In this document: positions 11,848 through 22,574 of the stretch, piece after piece
Layout of the letters: each line of letters starts with the position of its first letter
Position numbering within the stretch: the first letter of the stretch is position 1
Source: an uncultured Chloroflexia bacterium
Lineage (GTDB): Bacteria > Chloroflexota > Anaerolineae > JAAYZQ01
DNA: 64,000 nt
Assembly (NCBI GenBank): GCA_963700285.1
Contig: CAVOXA010000010.1
Span: 320,001-384,000 of the forward strand
Reading direction: 5' to 3'
The notes under the pieces: model-generated
Seen by the model: the letters and a program-made list of their open reading frames with translations, nothing else
What the model was told of the DNA's origin: nothing
The model's database searches: none
Position numbers and translations under genes: made by a program

Positions 11848-12524
11848 GTGCGCACCCCCTCCAGCATCTCGATGACCTGCTGCGTGGTCCGCATGCGTAC
11901 CAGGGGACCCACCAGGCCGGTCTTGATGATCTCGTGCCAGCCCAGTGTTTCGCTGGCCGACGCATCCCAGGCGAGGATCACTCCCAGGTCACGGTCGGCA
12001 GCCTCCCGGGCGGCGAGGGCCACCGTCGTGTTGGCCAGCATGCCAGCCAGGATGATGGTGTCGACGCCAGCCTCGTGCAGCGTGTTCAGAAGCACCGGCC
12101 CCGCCGCGAAGGGGCTGTAGGTCCCTCTGGATAGCACCAGATCGCCGGACGTCGGAGCCACTTCGGGGCGGATCTCCTCCCACGGCGAGGCAACCGGGAT
12201 CGGCAAGCCACTCAGGCGGAGCTGCCGTGACAGGTCGCTGCGGTCGGGCTCCTGAGCACAGAGGACGGAATAGATCACCCGCAGCCCATGCCGGCGACAA
12301 CCAGTCAGCAGCGACACCATGTTGCGAAGGGCGGCATCTGTCTGGGCATAGTATTCCTCAAACTCGCGCAGGATGCCCTGCTCACCGGCAAACAGGCCCA
12401 ACCCCTGGTCGCGCATTGTGGTAAAGCGCTGGGCGTCCAGCAGCAACAGGGCCGCGTTCCCCGCCGCCAACGGAAAGGCCGGGTTGGCATGCGAGAGCAT
12501 CTTGAAGGGTACCCTTGGTTTCAT
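11844..12524 (-). CDS. Isochorismatase/cysteine-hydrolase family protein lacking the catalytic Lys and Cys
   Basis: C-terminal part of ORF 11844..13988 from MKPRVPFK: ALLLLDAQ, SRGTYSPF, LAGMLANTTV, AADRD. Purine-rich RBS-like GGGGAAAGGG precedes ATG 12524. Confidence 0.75.
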   Translation of the reverse strand: MKPRVPFKMLSHANPAFPLAAGNAALLLLDAQRFTTMRDQGLGLFAGEQGILREFEEYYAQTDAALRNMVSLLTGCRRHGLRVIYSVLCAQEPDRSDLSRQLRLSGLPIPVASPWEEIRPEVAPTSGDLVLSRGTYSPFAAGPVLLNTLHEAGVDTIILAGMLANTTVALAAREAADRDLGVILAWDASASETLGWHEIIKTGLVGPLVRMRTTQQVIEMLEGVRT

Positions 12525-12537
12525 AGGCCCTTTCCCC

Positions 12538-13988
12538 CTACAACTGCCTGCGGCATAGTTGTACACGAGGTCGACCAGGTACTTTTCGACGTCGGCCAGA
12601 CCGGCGACTTGGCCGTCCCCTTCGATGATCATATACTCGTCGGCATCGCCCCGGCCTCCACCGCCGATGACGCCGCCCCGGACACAGGGTACATTGAAAG
12701 TGTTGGGAACCACGGTCCAGGGGCCGCCGCCCGGCTGCATGGGCCAGATCTCGGCCGCCACGTTCCAGGACGCTAGCGTCTGAAGCGTGGCCTGCACGCC
12801 CGGATCGGAGACGGAGGTTTGGGAGTGGCTAAAGGCAGCGTAGACGTCGATCTCGATATCGGCGAAACCTCGTTCGTCCAGGTGCTGTCGTATAAAGCCA
12901 ATGATCTCCTCAGCCGTCAGATCCACCACCCAGCGCATATCCAGCGTGGCTGTGGCCGTGGCCGGGGTGATATAGGGAATGGTGGTCGTCTCTGGTCCCA
13001 GGAACCCACTGCGTAGGCCGGCGATGTTGAAGGTCGGCCCATAGAGCAGGTTGACGAGGGGGTCCATGCCCTCCAGACCGCCCACGACGTGGCTCACATT
13101 GCCGACACCGCCGAGAGGTAGGACATCACGCCAGTCGCGGCCAGAAGCCCGGGCAGCTAGCGTCTCCAGCAACTCTCGCTCTTCCCCCGTCAGGGGTTTG
13201 CGATAGTTCCAGAGTTCCTCCAGCCCTGCGACGGTGCAGCCCAACCCATCCGCATCGGTCAGGGAAGACAGGGCCTGCGCCAGGCGGAAGGGAGGGCAAT
13301 CCACCAGCGACGCCGCGGAGCTGTGCACAGTCTTGACCGGTCCCCGCCCCCAGGACTGCCCGCTGGCCGTCAATTCGATGACGACCATGCCCTTGAGCCC
13401 CAGGCCCATCGAGACAGTACCGTTGCCTGCCTGGCTACAGGAGGGACAGAAGCTGGCATCCACGTTCTGCAAGCGGCCGGCATAGCGCGCCACAAAATCG
13501 GCATAGGTGGGACTGCCCATAATCTCCTCGCCCTCGGCCAGGAACATGATATTCATGGGCAGGCCACCCTCTACAGCAATGATGGAAGCTAGAGCGTTCA
13601 ACCAGGCTACGTAGGGGCCCTTGGCGCCCATAGCACCACGGCCGACGAGCACCTTGGGGTAAGGTCCGATGGGTACCAGTTCCGCCCCCCAGGGATCGTA
13701 GCTCCAGGTACCCGGCTGCACGGTCCGGGTGTCGATCATGCAGTAGTTATGGACCGTCAAGGGTGCCCCGGCGTCATAATGGGCCCAGACGCCAGGGTGG
13801 AAACGTCCCTCGATGACCTCTACTTCCTGGCAGCCCAGGTCGCTGTACGACTGGGCCACCAGCTCGGCGGCCTCGCGGGTGCCGATATTGTCCCAACTGA
13901 CGCTGGGCTGCCTGACCCACTCTTGGATGTGGGCGACGTGCTGGTCCAGATGTTCGTCGATATGGCGGTGTATGGCTTCTCGATCCAT
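12538..13988 (-). CDS. M20 family peptidase-like protein with degenerate metal ligands (appears fused in frame to the next gene)
   Basis: VRQPSVS, YCMIDT, GRGAMGAKGP, EGEEIMGS, PTFNIAGL, GDADEY. An out-of-frame TAG at 12538-12540 is the likely true stop. Confidence 0.75.
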
Positions 13989-14008
13989 GTGAGAACCTCA
14001 CTCCTCAG

Positions 14009-15433
14009 TTATAATGATTTGATCTGGGCAACGATCTGCTCGACTGACTTGACCTGGATGACCCCACTCTCTACTCTCCACAGAAACTCTTGCAGCCCAG
14101 CGTGATGGGTCGCGCAGGCATCGGGCACCACGACCAAACCATAGCCACGGTCGCTGGTACTGCGGATGGAACCCTCGACAGCGCCGTCGTACGAGATGCC
14201 GGCCAGAATGAGGTTCTCGAGGGCCAGGTTGCGCAAAAGCTCGTCCAGGCCGGTGCCGGTAAAGATACCCGAGGCAGACTTGTCGAGGATGATCTCGCCT
14301 GCTCGTGGCGCCAGTCCGGGCATAAACTCGGCCTCGGGGCTGTCTGGCCCAAAGGCGAAACCCTGGGCCCGTACCTTGCGGCTGAGATCTCGGCCGTCGG
14401 GCAGTCTTCCGGCCGTGCGAACGTGGATCACCGGGACACCTTGGGCGCGACAGGCCTGCAGCAATTTCCCCATACCCGCCAGGGCACTCTGAACGCGCCC
14501 ATAGTACTCGGACAACAACTCCTCTTGACCTCCAGCGGCGGCCAGGGCTCCCAGCCCGAGAGATGGGTCACAGGTGAATCGCTGTCCATCGACCAAGACC
14601 AATGCCGTGTTGCTCTGCGCCAGGGGGAGTTGAAGAGCAGGCGGGAGGATGGCATCATAGGGATCTTTGTCGGCAGAGTCTGTGTCGTCCGGGGGCTTGG
14701 GGAGATAGGGTTTGACCCGCTCCAGGCCGCTCTTCACCTCGGGGCCAACAGCCTCCAGCGGATCGATCAAGTCCACGATCTGGTCTGTGGAGAGGATGTG
14801 CGTCAGCGCGCCCTCCAGATAGCAGATAGCTAGTTCGTGGGTCTCGATGGTGCCCGCCGCACAGGCGTCCGATACGACCACAACGTCATAGCCCAGATCC
14901 ACGGCGTCCCGCACGGCGCTCTCGACACAGCCATTGGTCGAAGTGCCGGTAAAGATCAGGGTCGTGATGCCCATATTGCGCAGCAAGCGATCAAGGTTGG
15001 TAACGGGGAACACGCCAGAGGAGGACTTGTTCACGATCAACTCATCGCCCTTGGGCTGCAGGTCGTCCAGAAAATCAGCCTCACGGCTGCCCGCTGGCAC
15101 GACAAAGCCACGCACCAACTGCTTGCGCCCCACGTCCCGCGAGTCCCCAGTCAGTTCCGAGACACGGATGTGGATGACCTCCATCTCTTTGTGGCGAAAG
15201 AGGGTCAAGAGCTGCTGGATGCGCGGAATGACCGCGTCAATCTGGGAGAAATATTCCTCAAAGTACCGTTCTACACCCAGTTCTTTGGCCGTGCGGCCCT
15301 CGCCCTCATCACGGTCAGCGTCAAAGTACTGCATGTCGACCACCAGCAGGGCGGTACTACCGGCCTGCATCTGTACAGGGGATGTACCAAGGACCTGGCC
15401 AATGGGGTTGTGACAGTTGTCTTTCACATTCAT
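14009..15433 (-). CDS. Tandem two-domain isochorismatase/cysteine hydrolase
   Basis: Domain 1: VVDMQ, NKSSSGVF, TNGCVES, SDACA. Domain 2: LVDGQ, DKSASGIF, YDGAVEG, PDACA. Confidence 0.9.
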   Translation of the reverse strand: MNVKDNCHNPIGQVLGTSPVQMQAGSTALLVVDMQYFDADRDEGEGRTAKELGVERYFEEYFSQIDAVIPRIQQLLTLFRHKEMEVIHIRVSELTGDSRDVGRKQLVRGFVVPAGSREADFLDDLQPKGDELIVNKSSSGVFPVTNLDRLLRNMGITTLIFTGTSTNGCVESAVRDAVDLGYDVVVVSDACAAGTIETHELAICYLEGALTHILSTDQIVDLIDPLEAVGPEVKSGLERVKPYLPKPPDDTDSADKDPYDAILPPALQLPLAQSNTALVLVDGQRFTCDPSLGLGALAAAGGQEELLSEYYGRVQSALAGMGKLLQACRAQGVPVIHVRTAGRLPDGRDLSRKVRAQGFAFGPDSPEAEFMPGLAPRAGEIILDKSASGIFTGTGLDELLRNLALENLILAGISYDGAVEGSIRSTSDRGYGLVVVPDACATHHAGLQEFLWRVESGVIQVKSVEQIVAQIKSL

Positions 15434-15525
15434 GTCCTTTTTCGCAACAGATTTTCAGGTCTTTGCCCCGGGGACTACTGCCCCCGAGGCGGGGCTATGA
15501 GCCATGACAGAAGAATTGGCCAAGC

Positions 15526-17133
15526 CTATGATTTTCGAAGCGCCCGGCCCGGCAGCTTGCCCGTGAATATCCCCTGGTCCACGACCAGTTCACCGTTGAC
15601 GAGAACATAGGGGATGCCCTCGGGAACCTGCTCCGGTTCGTCGTAGGTCGCCTTGTCCGCCACCTGCTCGGGGTCAAGCAGCACGATGTCGGCCCAGGCG
15701 CCCTCCCGCAGTATCCCCCTATCCTTCAGCCCCAGGATCGCGGCAGGGAAAGCGGTGATCTTGCGGATCGCCTCCGGCAGGTCAAAGATCTTTCTTACGC
15801 GCACGAACTCTTTGAGATAGCGCGGATAGGCGCCGTACAGCCGGGGATGGGGTCGACCGCCATAGATGCCATCGGAGCCCACCGTCGCCTGGGGGTGCCC
15901 GAGGACCTTGTCCAGCACATGCTCCGAGCCATAGTGACTGATCATGGTCACGGCCAGATTCTCCTCGGCCAGCAGGTCACAGACGAAATCGAGGGGGTCC
16001 TTGTCACAGGTCTGGGCCAGGTCGGCGACGTCCCTGCCCTCCATCCAGCGGTTCTTCTCGCTATTGACCGCCGACACGACGATCTTGGACCAGCCCACCG
16101 AGATGGAGCGGTTGTTCCAGACGTCGAGCCCCTGCTGAAAGTCCTCGCGGATACGGGCTCGGAACTGGGGATCCATCAGGTTCTGGGCCAGGGCCTTGGT
16201 GCCCTCGGCAAAGGTCCACTGGGGCAGGACAGCCGTCAGCACGGTACAGCCGGCCAGGTAGGGATACCGGTCCCAGGTCACCCGGCCGCCCTCGGCCAGG
16301 AAGGCATCGGCCTTCTCAAGAATGACGTCCATCTTCGGCCAGTTAATCTGGCCGTAGGCCTGCAGGTGGGACACGTGGAGGTGCACGCCGGATTCGCGGG
16401 CAATGCGGGTGACCTCGTCAAAGGCCTGCTCGATCCGGTAGCCCTCGTCCCGCTGGTGCACGACAAAGATACCATCCCGGGCGGCCGCCTCCCGGTTCAG
16501 GGCCACCAGCTCCTCGGTGGGCCCGTAGCTGCAGGGCGGATAGATGAGGCCCGTGGACAGGCCAAATGCACCACAATCCATGGCCTCCCTGGTCAGGGCG
16601 CACATGGTGGCCAGTTCCGCGGGCGTCGCGGGACGGTTGTCCATGCCCATGGCCATGATGCGCAGCGGCCCATGGGGGGCCAGCATGGCAGCGTTGTTGG
16701 GCAGGCCGCGCCGGTCGAGGGCCTGAAGATAGTCTTCAAAGGACCGCCATGTCCAGCGATCGAGGGGCAGCTTGCCCAGCAACCCAGCCGTAAGCTCTGA
16801 CATCAGCTCGACGTTCTCGTCGCTGATGGGGGCTACACCGAGCCCGTCCTGGGCAAGCAGCTCGGTGGTGACCCCCTGGCGGACCTTGGCGTCGGGCGCC
16901 TGGTCCCGAAAGAATTCCAGGTCGGTGTGGCTGTGCATGTCGATAAAGCCCGGTGTGGCCGCCAGACCAGCACCGTCGACGGTACGCTTTGCTGAGGCAT
17001 CGACGGGCAGGCCATGTCCAGCGCCAGTCACCATGGCCGCGATCCTGCCGGCTCTGACGGCTATGTCACCGGGTACCGGCTCTGCACCAGTACCGTCGAG
17101 GATCTGCACATTCTTGATCAGACAGTCATACAT
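15526..17133 (-). CDS. D-aminoacylase (N-acyl-D-amino-acid deacylase) family amidohydrolase
   Basis: PGFIDMHSHTD, QGVTTE, GLSTGLIYPP, VSHLQ, GSDG, PHPRLYGAYPR, DRGILREGAWAD. Confidence 0.92.
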   Translation of the reverse strand: MYDCLIKNVQILDGTGAEPVPGDIAVRAGRIAAMVTGAGHGLPVDASAKRTVDGAGLAATPGFIDMHSHTDLEFFRDQAPDAKVRQGVTTELLAQDGLGVAPISDENVELMSELTAGLLGKLPLDRWTWRSFEDYLQALDRRGLPNNAAMLAPHGPLRIMAMGMDNRPATPAELATMCALTREAMDCGAFGLSTGLIYPPCSYGPTEELVALNREAAARDGIFVVHQRDEGYRIEQAFDEVTRIARESGVHLHVSHLQAYGQINWPKMDVILEKADAFLAEGGRVTWDRYPYLAGCTVLTAVLPQWTFAEGTKALAQNLMDPQFRARIREDFQQGLDVWNNRSISVGWSKIVVSAVNSEKNRWMEGRDVADLAQTCDKDPLDFVCDLLAEENLAVTMISHYGSEHVLDKVLGHPQATVGSDGIYGGRPHPRLYGAYPRYLKEFVRVRKIFDLPEAIRKITAFPAAILGLKDRGILREGAWADIVLLDPEQVADKATYDEPEQVPEGIPYVLVNGELVVDQGIFTGKLPGRALRKS

Positions 17134-17150
17134 CCCTATACCCTCTCCCC

Positions 17151-17867
17151 TCAGCCCACCCAGCCGCCCACCTCGACCATCGCCCCGGTCATCGCCCGCG
17201 CGTCATCCGAAGCCAAGAACAAGGCAACGTCGGCGATATCCTCAGGTTGCATCCAACCCGCCTTGTCAACCCCCTGACGGGAGACAGCAGTCAACGCGGT
17301 GTCGACCAGACCAGGACAGATGGCATTGACGGCGATCCCGTGGGTCTTCATGTCCAGGGCCAGAGATGCGGTAAAGCCCGTGACCGCGTATTTGGATGCG
17401 CAGTAGGCTTCTCGGTTGGGCAACCCGCGGAGCCCTGCCACCGAAGAGATGTTGATGATCTTGCCCGAGCCCTGCTCGATCATGCCCGGCAGGACGGCTT
17501 TGCAGCAGAGAAAAACGCTGCGTACGTTGACGGCCATCATCGTGTCCCAGGCCTCCACGGTGGTTCCCAACAGATCTCCGGGCATGATGATGGTACCGGC
17601 GTTGTTCACCAAAACATCCACTCGGCCGAATTCGGCCAGGGTACGGTCAACCAAGCGCAGCACGTCCTCCTGTCGGGAGACGTCGGCAGTCTGAACCAAA
17701 ACACGACGGCCTAGCGCGCGGATCTCCTGGGCAAGGGTCTCCAGCTCGTCGGGCGTTCTGGAAGCGATCGCCAGTTCAGCACCCTCGCGGGCATAGGTGA
17801 GCGCAATGCTGCGGCCGATCCCGCGGCCGGCGCCAGTTACGACTGCTACGGTCTCTGCTAGTTTCAT
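17151..17867 (-). CDS. SDR family oxidoreductase (canonical YxxxK)
   Basis: TGAGRGIG, VNNAG, NISS, YCASK, ICPG. Start MKLAETVA. Confidence 0.92.
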   Translation of the reverse strand: MKLAETVAVVTGAGRGIGRSIALTYAREGAELAIASRTPDELETLAQEIRALGRRVLVQTADVSRQEDVLRLVDRTLAEFGRVDVLVNNAGTIIMPGDLLGTTVEAWDTMMAVNVRSVFLCCKAVLPGMIEQGSGKIINISSVAGLRGLPNREAYCASKYAVTGFTASLALDMKTHGIAVNAICPGLVDTALTAVSRQGVDKAGWMQPEDIADVALFLASDDARAMTGAMVEVGGWVG

Positions 17868-17989
17868 TTCATGGTCCCTTCGATTACTGAACCCACCCAA
17901 AAACGCACCAAGCCCCCGATTCAACCGGGCTCCGTACTCGGGGGCGCAACTCGCCCTCGAGACGAGGGTTAGAGCGGTCATGACAGGTA

Positions 17990-18772
17990 CTATGTGAGTT
18001 TAAGCAGACGAGCCGCATTCCCCCCCAGGATGAGCGCCTTTTCCCCATCCGGGATATCCAGGTCCAGGAGTGGAGCCAAATTCTCTTTGAATCGAAAGGT
18101 CTTGAGCGGATTGGCGTCTGAGCCAAAGATAACCTTGGATGCTCCCGACTCGCCACTGACCAGGCCCATGAACTTGAGCGTATCCTCGCCCAGGCCAGGG
18201 ATCAAGCGCGCAAACCGGGCAAAGGTCGTAGTCGTATCCATGTAGACGTTGGCATGCTTGCCGGCGATGGCCGGCGCTGAGCCAAAAGGATCACCGTGGG
18301 CGATCACGAGCTTGGCTTCAGGGTAAACCAGGGCCAGATCGTCCACCTCCAGGGGATCATCAAAGCGGGAGCGGGTGCCTGGAATCGGGACCGCACCGGT
18401 GTGGATCAGCACCGGCAGGTCGAGTTCGACGGTCTTCTCAATCACGGGGTAGATCCGCTGGTCCGATGGATAGAACTCTTGCATCGAGGGATGCAGTTTG
18501 AGGCCGCGGAAGCCATAAGCTTCCACATAGTACTCTAGCATTTCGGCTGCATCGGTCAGATAGGGCACCACACAGGCTAGCCCTACGAGCCGGGAGGGAT
18601 GGGTCCGGACCGCCTCGTACACCAGGGCATTTGCTGCCCGGCCATTGTCGCCGCCGGGCGTGACGACGGCGGTAACGGCAGCCATGTCGATGCCCTGCTC
18701 GTCCATGCCGGCTACCAGGTTCTCGATGGGACCCTGTCCCTCGCCAAAGTGCGTGTGAAAATCGATGATCAT
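17990..18772 (-). CDS. Amidohydrolase_2 family metal-dependent hydrolase
   Basis: IDFHTH, GLKLHP, LIHTG, IAHG, FGSD, ILGGNAARLL. Confidence 0.9.
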   Translation of the reverse strand: MIIDFHTHFGEGQGPIENLVAGMDEQGIDMAAVTAVVTPGGDNGRAANALVYEAVRTHPSRLVGLACVVPYLTDAAEMLEYYVEAYGFRGLKLHPSMQEFYPSDQRIYPVIEKTVELDLPVLIHTGAVPIPGTRSRFDDPLEVDDLALVYPEAKLVIAHGDPFGSAPAIAGKHANVYMDTTTTFARFARLIPGLGEDTLKFMGLVSGESGASKVIFGSDANPLKTFRFKENLAPLLDLDIPDGEKALILGGNAARLLKLT

Positions 18773-18835
18773 CCGTTGACCTCAAGGTCCATAAAACTTT
18801 TTCCCACAGCCATCTCTCACGAGGGCCATGGGATG

Positions 18836-19048
18836 CTATTTGTCCAACTGTACGTAGATGGCCAGGTCGGGACATCCGATCTCGCACAGCTTGCAGCCTA
18901 CACAGTCATCGAGGTCATAGACCTCAACCACCGAATAGCCCTTCTGATTGCGCCTGTCGGACATTCTCAACACGTTTCGCGGACAGTAATTTATACACAG
19001 GTCACAACCCTTGCACACTCTTTCGTCAATGTGGATCTTCACAATCAT
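18836..19048 (-). CDS. 2x[4Fe-4S] ferredoxin, delta subunit of 2-oxoacid:ferredoxin oxidoreductase
   Basis: CKGCDLCINYCP and CVGCKLCEIGCPDLAI, with the NQKGY motif typical of KorD/VorD. Confidence 0.9.
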   Translation of the reverse strand: MIVKIHIDERVCKGCDLCINYCPRNVLRMSDRRNQKGYSVVEVYDLDDCVGCKLCEIGCPDLAIYVQLDK

Positions 19049-19917
19049 AGCACTCCAAGTTCTCTGATTCTCAGGGGGATTTCTGAGGGCCGGTAGGCGA
19101 TCCGGACCCCGGCATCTGCCAGGGCTTTTATCTTGCTGGCCGCAGTCCCCTCTTTCCCTTCAATGATCGCCCCGGCGTGTCCCATCTGCGCCCCTTCCGG
19201 GGCTGCACGGCCTACGATCAGGGCCACCACCGGCTTGTCCATGTTCGCCTTGATAAAGGCCGCTGCCTCCTGCTCCATCGTCCCACCGACCTCACCCAAA
19301 AGGACGATAGCCTTGGTCTCCGGATCCTCCTGAAACATGCGGAGGACCGATTCCTGCGACAGGCCCCAGAACGGCCCACCCCCGATGCCAGCCACTGTCG
19401 ATTGGCCAATACCGTTTTCTGTAAGCGTCTTGCAGACTTCGTAGGATAGTGCCCCACTCTTGGACAGTACGCCCACATGGCCTTCCAGCAGCACCCCGTT
19501 GGGGTGAACGCCCAGCTTGCATTTTCCCGGTGAGACCAAGCCCGGGGTGTCGGGCCCCACGACCGTCGTGCCCTTGGCAGCCGCATAATGGATGATGGTC
19601 AGCATATCGTGGTCCGGAACCCCCTCGGCCGTCAGCACCAGGAGTGGGATCCCGGCGTCGATGACCTCCAACGCGGCGTCCTTGGCGAACCGAGCTGGGA
19701 CAAAGCCAAAGGCAGCATCGATCTCGTGGTGGGCAACCGCATCGGCACAATAGTCATAGACGGGGATGCTGTGCACCTGCCTGCCCCCCTTGCCCGGCGT
19801 CACGCCGGCTACTACCTGCGTGCCATATTCCTGCATGATGCGGGTTTGGAAGGAGCCGACTGCGCCCGTGATTCCCTGGATCAGCACCCGGGTATTCCCA
19901 TCGATGAGTATGGCCAT
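19045..19917 (-). CDS. sucD: Succinate-CoA ligase (ADP-forming) alpha subunit
   Basis: IQGITG, GVTPGKGG, SKSGALSYE, GIGQST, GEVGG, and the phospho-His motif MGHAGA. Confidence 0.92.
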   Translation of the reverse strand: MAILIDGNTRVLIQGITGAVGSFQTRIMQEYGTQVVAGVTPGKGGRQVHSIPVYDYCADAVAHHEIDAAFGFVPARFAKDAALEVIDAGIPLLVLTAEGVPDHDMLTIIHYAAAKGTTVVGPDTPGLVSPGKCKLGVHPNGVLLEGHVGVLSKSGALSYEVCKTLTENGIGQSTVAGIGGGPFWGLSQESVLRMFQEDPETKAIVLLGEVGGTMEQEAAAFIKANMDKPVVALIVGRAAPEGAQMGHAGAIIEGKEGTAASKIKALADAGVRIAYRPSEIPLRIRELGVL

Positions 19918-19919
19918 GG

Positions 19920-21069
19920 TTAATGCTCCCTCGCCAACGCTACAACCCGCTCAACCGCGTCCGGGAGATTTTCAAAGGCGTCTATACCCACCGCCCGGAG
20001 GGTTTCCCTGCCGACCTCTGCCTGGGTACCATACATCCGGACGACGACAGGCAGATGCAACTCGTTGTGCTCCAGGTACTGGACGACGCCGTCGGCCATT
20101 TCGTCCATGCGCGTCATGCCTCCGATGAGCGATGATCAATAGGGCCTTCGCCCTGGGGTTGGCCAGCACCACTTCCATGCCCTGGCACATGACCTGGGCA
20201 TTGGAATGCCCGCCCAGCTCACAGAAATTGGCCGCGCGCCCCCCGGCGTCCTGGATCAGATCCACAGTCAGCATGCCTGTCCCGGCTCCGTCGGCGATCA
20301 TGGCTATGTCGCCGTCCAGCGGTACGTAGGTGACCCCCCGTTCGGCCGCCAGTTGTTCCGCCCCAGCAGGGGCCGCGGCCGTCTCTGCACCGACCAGTTG
20401 CTCCTGCTCTGCCGAAAGCGAGGCGAACAGGTCCGCGTGGCGGAAGGCCGCCTTGTCGTCCAGCACCATCTTGGCGTCCAGCGCCATCAGGCCGCTTGCA
20501 GTCTCGGCCAGGGGGTTGATCTCGACGAGGGTGGCATCAAGGGAGCAGAGAAGAGAATACATCCTACCAAGCAGGGCTCCAAAGCCCCCGACGTCATCAA
20601 GCCCCAGGGCCTGGGCCAGGTAACGGATCGTGTAGTTCTGCAGCCCGATGAAGGGGTCAATGTGCCGGACCACAATCTGTCCCGGAGCCTGCTCAGCCAC
20701 CTGTTCGATTTCGATGCCACCAGCCGCACTGGCCATGACCATGGGCTTGTTGGCCCGTTTGTCCAGGAGCACGGCCAGGTAGATCTCCCGCTTGATGGCG
20801 GTCCTTGCTTCGGCCAGGATGGCTCGAACAGGGTAGCCCCTGATCTCAGAGCCGATCAGATCTTTTGCGATGGCCGTGGCCTCAGCCTGGTCTGCGGCCA
20901 TCCGAATGCCGCCGGCCTTGCCGCGGCCACCAACGGGTACCTGGGCCTTGAGGACAGCGGGCAACGGGATCCCGGGCACATCGGATGGAGAGCGCAGCAA
21001 CCGGCTCTCGGGAACGGGGATCCCCCGCTCGGCCAGGAGCCTTTTGGCCTGAAACTCTAACAGTCGCAT
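19920..21069 (-). CDS. sucC: Succinate-CoA ligase beta subunit; frameshift near 20130
   Basis: MRLLEFQAK, KAQVPVGGRGKAGG, EINPL, ALDAK, GAGTGM, ANFCELGG; tail in ORF 19920..20117. Confidence 0.9.
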
Positions 21070-21072
21070 GGC

Positions 21073-21651
21073 TCAGACCTCCACCTCAAAGCCGGTATTC
21101 CTGGCCAGCGCCCTGCCCTGCGCCGCCGCTTTCAGGTTCAGCTCCAGGAACTTTTGTGGGACATTGTCCCGGATCGTTTCAGATAGGGCATCCGCCGATA
21201 GGAGGCCAGTTGCTTGCTGCAAGAAACCCAGCATGACCATATTGGCCGCGATCCTGGCCCCCAACTCGCTGGCCATCTGGGTTGCGGGAACCTGGGCCAC
21301 CGCGATGTCATCCAGACCATCGGGGTAAACCTGGGGCTCGTCGACCAGCTCGGGGTCGATGATCAGCGTGCCGCCAGACCGCAGACGCCCCAGGTATTTA
21401 TCAAGGGCCGACTGGGACATCGCTACCAGTATATCGACGCGCTCGGCCAAGGGCGAATTGATCGGACCCTTTGAGATGATGAGTTCAGCCTGGCACTCCC
21501 CACCCCGTGCTTCAGAACCGTATGATTGCGTCTGTACGCCGTTTAGACCCGCCCGTGTCACCGCGGCAGTACCAAAGACTACAGAAGAGAGCACGATCCC
21601 CTGGCCGCCAAAACCGCAAAACTGCACTGTAACTCGATCCTTAGGTTTCAT
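21073..21651 (-). CDS. 2-oxoacid:ferredoxin oxidoreductase gamma subunit
   Basis: GFGGQGI, QSYGSEARGG, ANMVMLG, NLKA. Confidence 0.92.
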   Translation of the reverse strand: MKPKDRVTVQFCGFGGQGIVLSSVVFGTAAVTRAGLNGVQTQSYGSEARGGECQAELIISKGPINSPLAERVDILVAMSQSALDKYLGRLRSGGTLIIDPELVDEPQVYPDGLDDIAVAQVPATQMASELGARIAANMVMLGFLQQATGLLSADALSETIRDNVPQKFLELNLKAAAQGRALARNTGFEVEV

Positions 21652-21759
21652 TCACATCCCTCTATCACTGTGCTCCAACGTGAGACACTCTTGCTCTGGC
21701 CAAAGGACAACCCGCGACGAACAGAGACTCTCGCCCGACCAGAGCAAATGGAGCCAGCG

Positions 21760-22574
21760 TTACTCGGAGATATACAAGGAACTGCCCGCAAAGACGGGCA
21801 CCTGCTTCTGGACAAAGGTGCCCAACCACAAACTTGTCGGCCAGCTCTTCCTCAGACAGGGCGCTGGCCTGTTTGACGGTAACCGAGTGTTCTTGTATCC
21901 AATCGACACCGTCAATGGGATCGCCCGAGCCGATGGCCCTGCGGCCAAAGTAGGTGGGGCACTGGGTGATGATCTCCACGAAGGCAAAGCCCTCGTGCTG
22001 CATCGCCTTTTTGATGGCATTGATAGCATGCCGAGGTCGATTGCGTAGTCCAACGGCTGACGAAGGTAGCCCCGGCGGCCACGGCCAGCTTGCAGAGGTC
22101 AAAGGGCTGTTCGCGTATTGCCGTAGGGCGTGGTCGACGTGGTCAGACTCCTGGAAGGTCGTCGGCGCCACCTGGCCGCCGGTCATGGCAAAGGTCAGGT
22201 TGTTGACCACGATCATGGTCACGTCCAGGTTGCGACGAGCCGCCTGGATCAGGTGGTTGCCGCCGATGGCGCCTGCATCGCCGTCTCCGGAAAAGATGAC
22301 CACTTCCAGCTCGGGATTGTGCAGCTTGATGCCCGTCGCCCAGGGCAGTGTCCGGCCATGCACGCCATGCAGCGACTCGGCGTGAAGATAGACCGGAATG
22401 CGGGCCGCGCAGCCCACGCCGCCGATGGCTACCAGGTTGTCAAAGTCCAGATCGAGCTCGTCGGCCGCCTGGACAAAGTAGTTCAAGACCTGGGCCGCGC
22501 CACAGCCAGAGCAGAAAAAGTGCGGCAAGCTGTCTTTGCGCAGGTACTTTCTCAGCGGATTTGTGTTCAGCCAT
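21760..22574 (-). CDS. 2-oxoacid:ferredoxin oxidoreductase beta subunit (ThDP-binding); several frameshifts
   Basis: FCSGCG, GVGC, HGRTLP, GDGD, IGGNHLI, MTGGQVAPT, ITQCPTYFGR. Confidence 0.88.

Noticed and set aside
15526-17133. D-aminoacylase QDG in place of NCG as a sign of inactivation
   Set aside because: Asp can still ligate metal, the other ligands are intact, and I recall this variant as common in the family.
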